From NCBI RefSeq assembly GCF_009914755.1, contig NC_060933.1: a stretch of DNA of 64,000 bases. One strand, written 5' to 3'. Under the pieces are notes generated by a model. That model saw only the letters and a program-made list of their open reading frames with translations. It was not told where the DNA came from and did not search any database. This DNA comes from the human T2T-CHM13v2.0 reference genome, Homo sapiens. Positions 40,775-55,109 of the stretch are shown here, piece by piece. Each line of letters begins with the position of its first letter. The stretch's first letter is position 1. The position numbers and the translations under genes were made by a program.

Positions 40775-43700
40775 CAACCCGAGTGCAATGGAATGGAGTG
40801 GAATGGAATGGAATGGAATAGAACAACCCGAATGGAATGGAATGTAATGGAGAGTAAGGGAGTTGAATAGAATCAATCCGAATGTAATGGAATGGAATGG
40901 AACGGAATGGAATTGAATGGAATGGAATGGAATGGAATCAACCCGAGTGCAATGGAATGGAGAGGAATGGAATGGAATGGAATCGAAACTACCCGAATGG
41001 AATGGAATGTAATGGAGTGTAAGGGAATTGAATAGAATCAATCCGAATGTAATGGAATGGAATGGAACGGAATGGAATGGAATGGAATGGAATGGAATGG
41101 AATGGAATGGAATGGAATGGAATGGAATGCAATGGAATGGAATCAACCCGAGTGCAATCGAATGGAATCGAATGGAATGGAATGCAACGGAATGGATTCA
41201 ACTTGAATGGAATGGAAAGAATGGAATCAACACGAGTGGAATGGCATGGATTGGAATGGAATGGAATGGAATCAACCCGAGTACAGGGGAATGGAATGGA
41301 ATGGAATGCAATGGAATGGAATCATCCGGAATGGAATGGAAAGGAATGGAATGGAATGGAATGGAATGGAATGGAATGGAATCAACTCGATTGCAATCGA
41401 ATGGAATGGAATGGAATTAACCCGAATACAATGGAATGGAATGGAATGGAACGGAACGGAATGGAATGGAATGGAATGGAACGGTACGGAATAGAATGAG
41501 ATGGAATGGCATGGAATGGAATCAACGCGAGTGCAGGGGAATGGAATGGAATGGAATGCAATGGAATGGATTCAACCTGAATGGAATGGAAACAACGGAA
41601 TTAACACGAGTGGAATGGCATGGATTGGAATGGAATGGAATGGAATCAACCCGAGTACATGGGAATGGAATGGAATGGAATGCAATGGAATGGAATCATC
41701 CGTAATGGAATGGAAAGGAATGGAATGGAATGGAATGGAATGGAATAGAATGGAATGGAATCAACTCGATTGCAATCGAATGGAATGGAATGGAATTAAC
41801 CCGAATAGAATGGAATGGAATGGAATGGAACGGAACGGAACGGAATGGAATGGATTGGAATGGAATGGAATGGAATGGAACGGAAAGGAATGGAATGGAA
41901 TGGAATGGAATGGAATGGAATGGAATCAACGCGAGTGCAGGGGAATGGAATGGAATGGAATGCAATGGAATGGAACAACCCGAATGGAATGGAATGTAAT
42001 GGAGAGTAAGGGAGTTGAATAGAATCAATCCGAATGTAATGGAATGGAATGGAACGGAATGGAATTGAATGGAATGGAATGGAATGGAATCAACCCGAGT
42101 GCAATGGAATGGAGAGGAATGGAATGGAATGGAATGGAAACTACCCGAATGGAATGGAATGTAATGGAGTGTAAGGGAATTGAATAGAATCAATCCGAAT
42201 GTAATGGAATGGAATGGAACGGAATGGAATGGAATGGAATGGAATGGAATGGAATGGAATGGAATGCAATGGAATGCAATCAACCCGAGTGCAATCGAAT
42301 GGAATCCAATGGAATGGAAGGCAATGGAATGGATTCAACTTGAATGGAATGGAAAGAATGGAATCAAGACTAGTGGAATGGCATGGATTGGAATGGAATG
42401 GAATGGAATCAACCCGAGTACAGGGGAATGGAATGGAATGGAATGCAATGGAATGGAATCATCCGTAATGGAATGGAAAGGAATGGAATGGAATGGAATG
42501 GAATGGAATGGAATGGAATGGAATGGAATGGAATCAACTCGATTGCAATCGAATGGAATGGAATGGAATTAACCCGAATAGAATGGAATGGAATGGAATG
42601 GAACGGAACGGAACGGAACGGAACGGAGTGGAATGGAATGGAATGGAATTGTATGGAATGGAATGGCATGGTACGGAATAGAATGGAATGGAAACAATTG
42701 GAATGGAATGGAATCGAATGGAATGGAATGGAATGGAATGGAATCAACCCGAGTGCAGGGGAATGTAATGGAACGGAATGCAATGGAATGGAATCATCCG
42801 GAATGGAATGGAATGGAATTGAATGGAATGGAATGGAATGGAATGCAATGGAATGGAATCAACCCGAGTACAATGGAACGGAATGGAATGGAATGTAATG
42901 GAATGGAATGGAATGGAATGGAATGGAATGGAATGGAATGGAATCAACCCGAGTGCAATGGAATGGAGAGGAATGGAATGGAATGGAATGGAAACTACCC
43001 GAATGGAATGGAATGTAATGGAGTGTAAGGGAATTGAATAGAATCAATCCGAATGGAATGGAATGGAATGGAACGGAATGTAATGGAATGGAATGGAATG
43101 GAATCAACCCGAATGCAGGGGAATGGAATGGAATGGAATGGAATGGAATGGAATGGAATGGAATGGAATGGAATGGTATGGAATGGAATGGAATGGTACG
43201 GAATAGAATAAAATGGAACGAATTGTAATGGAATGGAATGGAATGGAATGGAATGGAATCAACGCGAGTGCAGGGGAATGTAATGGAACGGAATGCAATG
43301 GAATGGAATCATCCGGAATGGAATGGAATGGAATGCAATGGAATGGAATGGATTGGAATCAACCCGAGTGCAATGGAATGGAGTGAAATGGAATGGAATG
43401 GAAACAACCAGAATGGATTGGAATATAATGGAGTTTAAGGGAATTGAAAAGAATCAATCTGAATGTAATGAAATGGAATGGAACGGAATGGAATGGAATG
43501 GAATGCAATGGAATGGAATGCAATGGAATGGAATCAACCCGAGTGAAATCGAATGGAATCGAATGCAATGGAATGCAATGGAATGGATTCAACTTGAATG
43601 GAAAGGAAAGAATGGAATCAACACGAGTGGAAAGGCATGGATTGGAATGGAATGGAATGGAATCAACCCGAGTACAGGGGAATGGAATGGAATGGAATGT

Positions 43701-46183
43701 AATGGAATGGAATCATCAGTAATGGAATGGAAAGGAATGGAAAGGACTGGAATGGAATGGAATGGAATGGAATGGAATGGAATGGAATCAACTCGATTTC
43801 AATCGAATGGAATGGAATGGAATTAATCCGAATAGAATGGAATGGAATGGAATGGAACGGAACGGAACGGAATGGAATGGAATGGAATGGAATGGAACGG
43901 AAAGGAATGGAATGGAATGGAATGGAATGGAATGGAATGGAATGGAATCAACGCGAGTGCAGGGGAATGGAATGGAATCGAATGGAATGGAAAGGAATGG
44001 AATGGAATCAACCCGAGTGCAGGGGAATGTAATGGAACGGAATGCAATGGAATGGAATCATCCGGAATGGAATGGAATGGAATGGAATGGAATCAACCCG
44101 AGTGCAATGGAATGGAGTGGAATGGAATGGAATGGAATGGAACAACCCGAATGGAATGGAATGTAATGGAGAGTAAGGGAGTTGAAAAGAATCAATCCGA
44201 ATGGAATGGAACGGAATGGAATGGAATGGAATGGAATGGAATGCAAAGGAATGGAATCAACCCGAGTACAATGGAATGGAATGGAATGGAATGGAACGGA
44301 ATGGAATGGAATGGAATGGAATGGAATGCAATGGAATGGAATCTTCCGGAATGGAATGGAATGGAATGGAATGCAATGGATTCAACTCGATTGCAATGGA
44401 ATGGAATAGAATGGAATGGCGTGGAATGGAATGGAATGGAATTAAACCGAATAGAATGGAATGGAATGGAATGGAACGGAACAGAACGGAACGGAACGGA
44501 ACGGAGTGGAATGGAATGGAATGGAATTGTATGGAATGGAATGGAATGGTACGGAATAGAATGGAATGGAAAGAATTGGAATGGAATGGTATCGAATGGA
44601 ATGGAATGGAATGGAATGGAATCAACCCGAGTGCAGGGGAATGTAATGGAACGGAATGCAATGGAATGGAATCATCCGTAATGGAATGGAATGGAATGGA
44701 ATGGAATGGAATCAACCCGAGCGCAATGGAATGGAGTGGAATGGAATGGAATGGAATGGAACAACCCGAATGGAATGGAATGTAATGGAGAGTAAGGGAG
44801 TTGAATAGAATCAATCCGAATGTAATGGAATGGAATGGAACGGAATTGAATGGAATGGAATGGAATGGAATGCAATGGAATGGAATCAACCCGAGGTCAA
44901 TGGAATGGAGAGGAATGGAATGGAATGGAATGGAAACTACACGAATGGAATGGAATGTAATGGAGTGTAAGGGAATTGAATAGAATCAATCCGAATGTAA
45001 TGGAATGGAATGGAACGGATTGGAATGGAATGGAATGGAATGGAATGGAATGGAATGCAATGGAATGGAATCAACCCGAGTGCAATCAAATGGAATCGAA
45101 TGGAATGGAATGCAATGGAATGGATTCAACTTGAATGGAATGGAAAGAATGGAATCAACACGAGTGGAATGGCATGGATTGGAATGGAATGGGATGGAAT
45201 CAACCCGAGTACAGGGGAATGGAATGGAATGGAATGCAATGGAATGGAATCATCCGTAATGGAATGGAAAGGAATGGAATGGAATGGAATGGAATGGAAT
45301 GGAATGGAATGGAATCAACTCGATTGCAATCGAATGGAATGGAATGGAATTAACCCGAATAGAATGGAATGGAATGGAATGGAACGGAACGGAATGGAAT
45401 GGAATGGAATGGAATGGAACGGAAAGGAAGGGAATGGAATGGAATAGAATGGAATGGAATGGAATGGAATCAACGCGAGTGCAGGGGAATGGAATGGAAT
45501 GGAATGCAATGGAATGGAATCTTCCGGAATGGAATGGAATGGAATGGAATGGAATGGAATGGAATGGAATCAACCCGAGTGCAATGGAATGGAGTGGAAT
45601 GGAATGGAATGGAATGGAACAACCCGAATGGAATGGAATGTAATGGAGAGTAAGGGAGTTGAATAGAATCAATCCGAATGTAATGGAATGGAATGGAACG
45701 GAATGGAATTGAATGGAATGGAATGGAATGCAATGGAATGGAATCAACCCGAGTGCAATGGAATGGAGAGGAATGGAATGCAATGGAATGGAAACTACCC
45801 GAATGGAATGGAATGTAATGGAGTGTAAGGGAATTGAATAGAATCAATCCGAATGTAATGGAATGGAATGGAATGGAACGGAACGGAATGGAATGGAATG
45901 GAATGGAATGGAATGGAATGCAATGGAATGGAATCAACCCGAGTGCAATCAAATGGAATCGAATGGAATGGAATGCAAAGGAATGGATTCAACTTGAATG
46001 GAATGGAAAAAATGGAATGAACACGAGTGGAATGGCATGGATTGGAATGGAATGGAATGGAATCAACCCGAGTACAGGGGAATGGAATGGAATGGAATGC
46101 AATGGAATGGAATCATCCGTAATGGAATGGAAAGGAATGGAATGGAATGGAATGGAATGGAATGGAATGGAATGGAATGGAAT
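37967..46183 (+). repeat. Recent ~8.2-kb tandem duplication, copy 1 (8217 bp)
   Basis: Sequence and ORF translations recur at offsets of 8192-8242 (e.g. 38056/46273, 38959/47186, 43293/51485, 43842/52034, 45834/54026). The breakpoint is ambiguous within a pure GGAAT run. Confidence 0.95.
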
Positions 46184-49100
46184 CAACCCGAGTGCAATGG
46201 AATGGAGAGGAATGGAATGGAATGGAATGGAAACTACCCGAATGGAATGGAATGTAATGGAGTGTAAGGGAATTGAATAGAATCAATCCGAATGGAATGG
46301 AATGGAATGGAACGGAATGTAATGGAATGGAATGGAATGGAATCAACCCGAGTGCAGGGGAATGGAATGGAATGGAATGCAATGGAATGGAATCATCCGG
46401 AATGGAAAGGAATGGAATGCAATGGAATGGAATGGAATGGAATCAACCCGAGTGCAATGGAATGGAGTGAAATGGAATGGAATGGAATGGAGACAACCAG
46501 AATGGATTGGAATATAATGGAGTGTAAGTGAATTGAATACAATCAATCTGAATGTAATGAAATGGAATGGAACGGAATGGAATGGAATGGAATGGAATGG
46601 AATGGAATGGAATGGAATGGAATGCAATGGAATGGAATCAACCCGAGTGCAATGGAATGGAGTGAAATGGAATGGAATGGAATGGAGACAACAAGAATGG
46701 ATTGGAATATAATGGAGTGTAAGGGAATTGAATAGAATCAATCTGAATGTAATGAAATGGAATGGAACGGAATGGAATGGAATGGAATGGAATGGAATGC
46801 AATGGAATGGAATCAACCCGAGTGCAATAGAATGGAATCGAATGGAATGGAATGTAATGGAATGGATTCAACTTGAATGGAATGGAAAGAATGGAATCAA
46901 CACGAGTGGAATGGCATGGATTGGAATGGAATGGAATGGAATCAACCCGAGTATAGGGGAATGGAATGGAATGGAATGCAATGGAATGGAATCATAAGTA
47001 ATGGAATGGAATGGAATGGAATGGAATGGAATGGAATGGAATGGAATGCAATGGAATGGAATCAACCCTAGTGCAATGGAATGGAGAGGAATGGAATGGA
47101 ATGGAATGAAACCTACCCGAATGGAATGGAATGTAATGGAATGTAAAGGAATTGAATGGAATCAATCCGAATGTAATGGAATGGAATGGAGCGGAATGGA
47201 ATGGAATGCAATGGAATGGAATGGAATGGATTGCAATGGAATGGAATCAACCCGAGTGCAATCGAATGGAATCGAATGGAATGGAATGCAATGGAATGGA
47301 TTCAACTTGAATGGAATGGAAAGAATGGAATCAACACGAGTGGAATGGCATGGTTTGGAATAGGAATGGAATGGAATCAACCCGAGTACAGGGGAATGGA
47401 ATGGAATGGAATGCAATGGAATGGAATCATCCGTAATGGAATGGAAGGGAATGGAATGGAATGGAATGGAATGGAATGGAATGTTAGGGAATGGAATCAA
47501 CTCGATTGCAATCGAATGGAATGGAATGGAATTAACCCGAATAGAATGGAATGGAATGGAATGGAACGGAACGGAACGGAACGGAATGCAATGGAATGGA
47601 ATGGAATGGAATGGAATGGAACGGAACGGAACGGAATGGAATGGAATGGAATGGAATGGAATGGAATGGAATCAACGCGAGTGCAGGGGAATGGAATGGA
47701 ATGGAATGCAATGGAATGGAATCTTCCGGAATGGAATGGAATGGAATGGAATGGAATGAAATGCAATGGATTCAACTCGATTGCAATGGAATGGAATAGA
47801 ATGGAATGGAATGGAATAGAATGGAATTAATCCGAATAGAATGGAATGGAATGGAATGGAACGGATTGGAACGGAATGGAATGGAATGGAATGGAATGGA
47901 ATGGTATGGAATGGAATGGAATGGTACAGAATAGAATGGAATGGAACGAATTGTAATGGAATGGAATTGAATGGAATGGAATGGAATGGAATGGAATCAA
48001 CGCGAGTGCAGGGGAAAGTAATGGAACGGAATGCAATGGAATGGAATCATCCGGAATGGAATGGAATGGAATGGAATGGAATGGAATCAACCCGAGAGCA
48101 ATGGAATGGAGTGGAATGGAATGGAATGGAATGGAACAACCCGAATGGAATGGAATGTAATGGAGAGTAAGGGAGTTGAATAGAATCAATCCGAATGTAA
48201 TGGAATGGAATGCAACGGAATGGAATGGAATGGAATGGAATGGAATGCAACGGAATTGAATCAACCCGAGTACAATGGAATGGAATGGAATGGAATGGAA
48301 TGGAATGGAATGGAATGGAATGATACGGAATAGAATGGAGTGGAACGAAATGGAACGGAATGGAATGGAATGGAATGGAATGGAATGGAATGGAATGGAA
48401 TGGAATCGTTCCGAGTGGAATAGGAGGGAATGTATTCGAGTGGAATGGAAAGGAATGGTATCAACCAGAGTGTAATGGAAGGGAATGGAATGGAATGGAA
48501 TCTAATAGAATGGAATCAACCCGAGTGGAATGGAATGGAAAGGACTGGAATGGAATGGAATGGAATGGAATCAACTCGATTGTAATGGAATGGAATGGAA
48601 TGGAATGCAATGGAATGGAATTAACCCGAATACAATGGAATGGAATGGAATGGAACGGAATGGAGTGGAATGGAATGGAATCAACCCGAGTGCAGGAGAA
48701 TGGAATGGAATGCAATGAAAAGGAATGGAATCATCCGGAATGGAATGGAATGGAATGGAATGCAAAGCAATGGAATCAACTCGATTGCAATGGAATGGAA
48801 TGGAATGGAAAGGAATACATTGGAATCAACCCGAGTGGAATGGAATGGAAAGGACTGGAATGGAGTGGAATGGAATGGAATGGAATGGAATGGAATCAAC
48901 TCGATTGGAATGGAATGGAATGGAATGGAATGGAATTAATCCGAATAGAATGGAATGGAATGGAATGGAACGGAACGGAATGGAATGGAATGGAATGGAA
49001 TGGAATGGAATCAACCCGAGTGCAATGGAATGGAGTGGAATGGAATGGAATGGAATAGAACAACCCGAATGGAATGGAATGTAATGGAGAGTAAGGGAGT

Positions 49101-52100
49101 TGAATAGAATCAATCCGAATGTAATGGAATGGAATGGAACGGAATGGAATTGAATGGAATGGAATGGAATGGAATCAACCCGAGTGCAATGGAATGGAGA
49201 GGAATGGAATGGAATGGAATCGAAACTACCCGAATGGAATGGAATGTAATGGAGTGTAAGGGAATTGAATAGAATCAATCCGAATGTAATAGAATGGAAT
49301 GGAACGGAATGGAATGGAATGGAATGGAATGGAATGGAATGGAATGGAATGGAATGGAATGCAATGGAATGGAATCAACCCGAGTGCAATCGAATGGAAT
49401 CGAATGGAATGGAATGCAACGGAATGGATTCAACTTGAATGGAATGGAAAGAATGGAATCAACACGAGTGGAATGGCATGGATTGGAATGGAATGGAATG
49501 GAATCAACCCGAGTACAGGGGAATGGAATGGAATGGAATGCAATGGAATGGAATCATCCGGAATGGAATGGAAAGGAATGGAATGGAATGGAATGGAATG
49601 GAATGGAATGGAATGGAATGGAATCAACTCGATTGCAATCGAATGGAATGGAATGGAATTAACCCGAATACAATGGAATGGAATGGAATGGAACGGAACG
49701 GAATGGAATGGAATGGAATGGAACGGTACGGAATGGAATGAGATGGAATGGCATGGAATGGAATCAACGCGAGTGCAGGGGAATGGAATGGAATGGAATG
49801 CAATGGAATGGATTCAACCTGAATGGAATGGAAACAACGGAATTAACACGAGTGGAATGGCATGGATTGGAATGGAATGGAATGGAATCAACCCGAGTAC
49901 ATGGGAATGGAATGGAATGGAATGCAATGGAATGGAATCATCCGTAATGGAATGGAAAGGAATGGAATGGAATGGAATGGAATGGAATAGAATGGAATGG
50001 AATCAACTCGATTGCAATCGAATGGAATGGAATGGAATTAACCCGAATAGAATGGAATGGAATGGAATGGAACGGAACGGAACGGAATGGAATGGATTGG
50101 AATGGAATGGAATGGAATGGAATGGAATCAACGCGAGTGCAGGGGAATGGAATGGAATGGAATGCAATGGAATGGAACAACCCGAATGGAATGGAATGTA
50201 ATGGAGAGTAAGGGAGTTGAATAGAATCAATCCGAATGTAATGGAATGGAATGGAACGGAATGGAATTGAATGGAATGGAATGGAATGGAATCAACCCGA
50301 GTGCAATGGAATGGAGAGGAATGGAATGGAATGGAATGGAAACTACCCGAATGGAATGGAATGTAATGGAGTGTAAGGGAATTGAATAGAATCAATCCGA
50401 ATGTAATGGAATGGAATGGAACGGAATGGAATGGAATGGAATGGAATGGAATGGAATGGAATGGAATGCAATGGAATGCAATCAACCCGAGTGCAATCGA
50501 ATGGAATCCAATGGAATGGAAGGCAATGGAATGGATTCAACTTGAATGGAATGGAAAGAATGGAATCAAGACTAGTGGAATGGCATGGATTGGAATGGAA
50601 TGGAATGGAATCAACCCGAGTACAGGGGAATGGAATGGAATGGAATGCAATGGAATGGAATCATCCGTAATGGAATGGAAAGGAATGGAATGGAATGGAA
50701 TGGAATGGAATGGAATGGAATGGAATGGAATCAACTCGATTGCAATCGAATGGAATGGAATGGAATTAACCCGAATAGAATGGAATGGAATGGAATGGAA
50801 CGGAACGGAACGGAACGGAACGGAGTGGAATGGAATGGAATGGAATTGTATGGAATGGAATGGCATGGTACGGAATAGAATGGAATGGAAACAATTGGAA
50901 TGGAATGGAATCGAATGGAATGGAATGGAATGGAATGGAATCAACCCGAGTGCAGGGGAATGTAATGGAACGGAATGCAATGGAATGGAATCATCCGGAA
51001 TGGAATGGAATGGAATTGAATGGAATGGAATGGAATGGAATGCAATGGAATGGAATCAACCCGAGTACAATGGAACGGAATGGAATGGAATGTAATGGAA
51101 TGGAATGGAATGGAATGGAATGGAATGGAATGGAATCAACCCGAGTGCAATGGAATGGAGAGGAATGGAATGGAATGGAATGGAAACTACCCGAATGGAA
51201 TGGAATGTAATGGAGTGTAAGGGAATTGAATAGAATCAATCCGAATGGAATGGAATGGAATGGAACGGAATGTAATGGAATGGAATGGAATGGAATCAAC
51301 CCGAATGCAGGGGAATGGAATGGAATGGAATGGAATGGAATGGAATGGAATGGAATGGAATGGAATGGTATGGAATGGAATGGAATGGTACGGAATAGAA
51401 TAAAATGGAACGAATTGTAATGGAATGGAATGGAATGGAATGGAATGGAATCAACGCGAGTGCAGGGGAATGTAATGGAACGGAATGCAATGGAATGGAA
51501 TCATCCGGAATGGAATGGAATGGAATGCAATGGAATGGAATGGATTGGAATCAACCCGAGTGCAATGGAATGGAGTGAAATGGAATGGAATGGAAACAAC
51601 CAGAATGGATTGGAATATAATGGAGTTTAAGGGAATTGAAAAGAATCAATCTGAATGTAATGAAATGGAATGGAACGGAATGGAATGGAATGGAATGCAA
51701 TGGAATGGAATGCAATGGAATGGAATCAACCCGAGTGAAATCGAATGGAATCGAATGCAATGGAATGCAATGGAATGGATTCAACTTGAATGGAAAGGAA
51801 AGAATGGAATCAACACGAGTGGAAAGGCATGGATTGGAATGGAATGGAATGGAATCAACCCGAGTACAGGGGAATGGAATGGAATGGAATGTAATGGAAT
51901 GGAATCATCAGTAATGGAATGGAAAGGAATGGAAAGGACTGGAATGGAATGGAATGGAATGGAATGGAATGGAATGGAATCAACTCGATTTCAATCGAAT
52001 GGAATGGAATGGAATTAATCCGAATAGAATGGAATGGAATGGAATGGAACGGAACGGAACGGAATGGAATGGAATGGAATGGAATGGAACGGAAAGGAAT

Positions 52101-54365
52101 GGAATGGAATGGAATGGAATGGAATGGAATGGAATGGAATCAACGCGAGTGCAGGGGAATGGAATGGAATCGAATGGAATGGAAAGGAATGGAATGGAAT
52201 CAACCCGAGTGCAGGGGAATGTAATGGAACGGAATGCAATGGAATGGAATCATCCGGAATGGAATGGAATGGAATGGAATGGAATCAACCCGAGTGCAAT
52301 GGAATGGAGTGGAATGGAATGGAATGGAATGGAACAACCCGAATGGAATGGAATGTAATGGAGAGTAAGGGAGTTGAAAAGAATCAATCCGAATGGAATG
52401 GAACGGAATGGAATGGAATGGAATGGAATGGAATGCAAAGGAATGGAATCAACCCGAGTACAATGGAATGGAATGGAATGGAATGGAACGGAATGGAATG
52501 GAATGGAATGGAATGGAATGCAATGGAATGGAATCTTCCGGAATGGAATGGAATGGAATGGAATGCAATGGATTCAACTCGATTGCAATGGAATGGAATA
52601 GAATGGAATGGCGTGGAATGGAATGGAATGGAATTAAACCGAATAGAATGGAATGGAATGGAATGGAACGGAACAGAACGGAACGGAACGGAACGGAGTG
52701 GAATGGAATGGAATGGAATTGTATGGAATGGAATGGAATGGTACGGAATAGAATGGAATGGAAAGAATTGGAATGGAATGGTATCGAATGGAATGGAATG
52801 GAATGGAATGGAATCAACCCGAGTGCAGGGGAATGTAATGGAACGGAATGCAATGGAATGGAATCATCCGTAATGGAATGGAATGGAATGGAATGGAATG
52901 GAATCAACCCGAGCGCAATGGAATGGAGTGGAATGGAATGGAATGGAATGGAACAACCCGAATGGAATGGAATGTAATGGAGAGTAAGGGAGTTGAATAG
53001 AATCAATCCGAATGTAATGGAATGGAATGGAACGGAATTGAATGGAATGGAATGGAATGGAATGCAATGGAATGGAATCAACCCGAGGTCAATGGAATGG
53101 AGAGGAATGGAATGGAATGGAATGGAAACTACACGAATGGAATGGAATGTAATGGAGTGTAAGGGAATTGAATAGAATCAATCCGAATGTAATGGAATGG
53201 AATGGAACGGATTGGAATGGAATGGAATGGAATGGAATGGAATGGAATGCAATGGAATGGAATCAACCCGAGTGCAATCAAATGGAATCGAATGGAATGG
53301 AATGCAATGGAATGGATTCAACTTGAATGGAATGGAAAGAATGGAATCAACACGAGTGGAATGGCATGGATTGGAACGGAATGGGATGGAATCAACCCGA
53401 GTACAGGGGAATGGAATGGAATGGAATGCAATGGAATGGAATCATCCGTAATGGAATGGAAAGGAATGGAATGGAATGGAATGGAATGGAATGGAATGGA
53501 ATGGAATCAACTCGATTGCAATCGAATGGAATGGAATGGAATTAACCCGAATAGAATGGAATGGAATGGAATGGAACGGAACGGAATGGAATGGAATGGA
53601 ATGGAATGGAACGGAAAGGAAGGGAATGGAATGGAATAGAATGGAATGGAATGGAATTGAATCAACGCGAGTGCAGGGGAATGGAATGGAATGTAATGCA
53701 ATGGAATGGAATCTTCCGGAATGGAATGGAATGGAATGGAATGGAATGGAATGGAATGGAATCAACCCGAGTGCAATGGAATGGAGTGGAATGGAATGGA
53801 ATGGAATGGAACAACCCGAATGGAATGGAATGTAATGGAGAGTAAGGGAGTTGAATAGAATCAATCCGAATGTAATGGAATGGAATGGAACGGAATGGAA
53901 TTGAATGGAATGGAATGGAATGCAATGGAATGGAATCAACCCGAGTGCAATGGAATGGAGAGGAATGGAATGCAATGGAATGGAAACTACCCGAATGGAA
54001 TGGAATGTAATGGAGTGTAAGGGAATTGAATAGAATCAATCCGAATGTAATGGAATGGAATGGAATGGAACGGAACGGAATGGAATGGAATGGAATGGAA
54101 TGGAATGGAATGCAATGGAATGGAATCAACCCGAGTGCAATCAAATGGAATCGAATGGAATGGAATGCAAAGGAATGGATTCAACTTGAATGGAATGGAA
54201 AAAATGGAATGAACACGAGTGGAATGGCATGGATTGGAATGGAATGGAATGGAATCAACCCGAGTACAGGGGAATGGAATGGAATGGAATGCAATGGAAT
54301 GGAATCATCCGTAATGGAATGGAAAGGAATGGAATGGAATGGAATGGAATGGAATGGAATGGAAT
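46184..54365 (+). repeat. Recent ~8.2-kb tandem duplication, copy 2 (8182 bp)
   Basis: Colinear with 37967-46183. About a dozen substitutions and several pentamer-multiple indels were seen by eye. Similarity ends at 54366 (CAACCCGACTGCAATGGAATGGAGTGG). Confidence 0.95.
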
Positions 54366-55109
54366 CAACCCGACTGCAATGGAATGGAGTGGAATGGAAT
54401 GGAATGGAATGGAACAACCCGAATGGAATGGAATGTAATGGAGAGTAAGGGAGTTGAATAGAATCAATCCGAATGTAATGGAATGGAACGGAATGTAATG
54501 GAATGGAATGGAATGGAATGGAAAGGAATGGAATGCAATGGAATGGAATCAACCCGAGTACAATGGAATGGAATGCAATGGAATGGAATGGAATGGAATG
54601 GAATGGAATGGAATCCACCCGAGTGCAAAGGAATGGAGAGGAATGGAATGGAATGGAATGGAAACTACCCGAATGGAATGGAATGTAATCGAGTGTAAGG
54701 GAATTGAATAGAATCAATCCGAATGGAATGGAATGGAATGGAACGGAATGTAATGTAATGGAATGGAATGGAATCAACCCAAGTGCAGGGGAATGGAATG
54801 GAATGGAATGCAATGGAATGGAATCATCCGGAATGGAATGTAATGGAATGCAATGGAATGGAATGGAATGGAATCAACCCGAGTGCAATGGAATGGAGTG
54901 AAATGGAATGGAATGGAATGGAAACAACCAGAATGGATTGGAATATAATGGAGTGTAAGGGAATTGAATAGAATCAATCTGAATGTAATGAAATGGAATG
55001 TAACGGAATGGAATGGAATGCAATGGAATGGAATGGAATGGAATGCAATGGAATGGAATCAACCCGAGTGCAATCGAATGGAATCGAATGGAATGGAATG
55101 CAATGGAAT

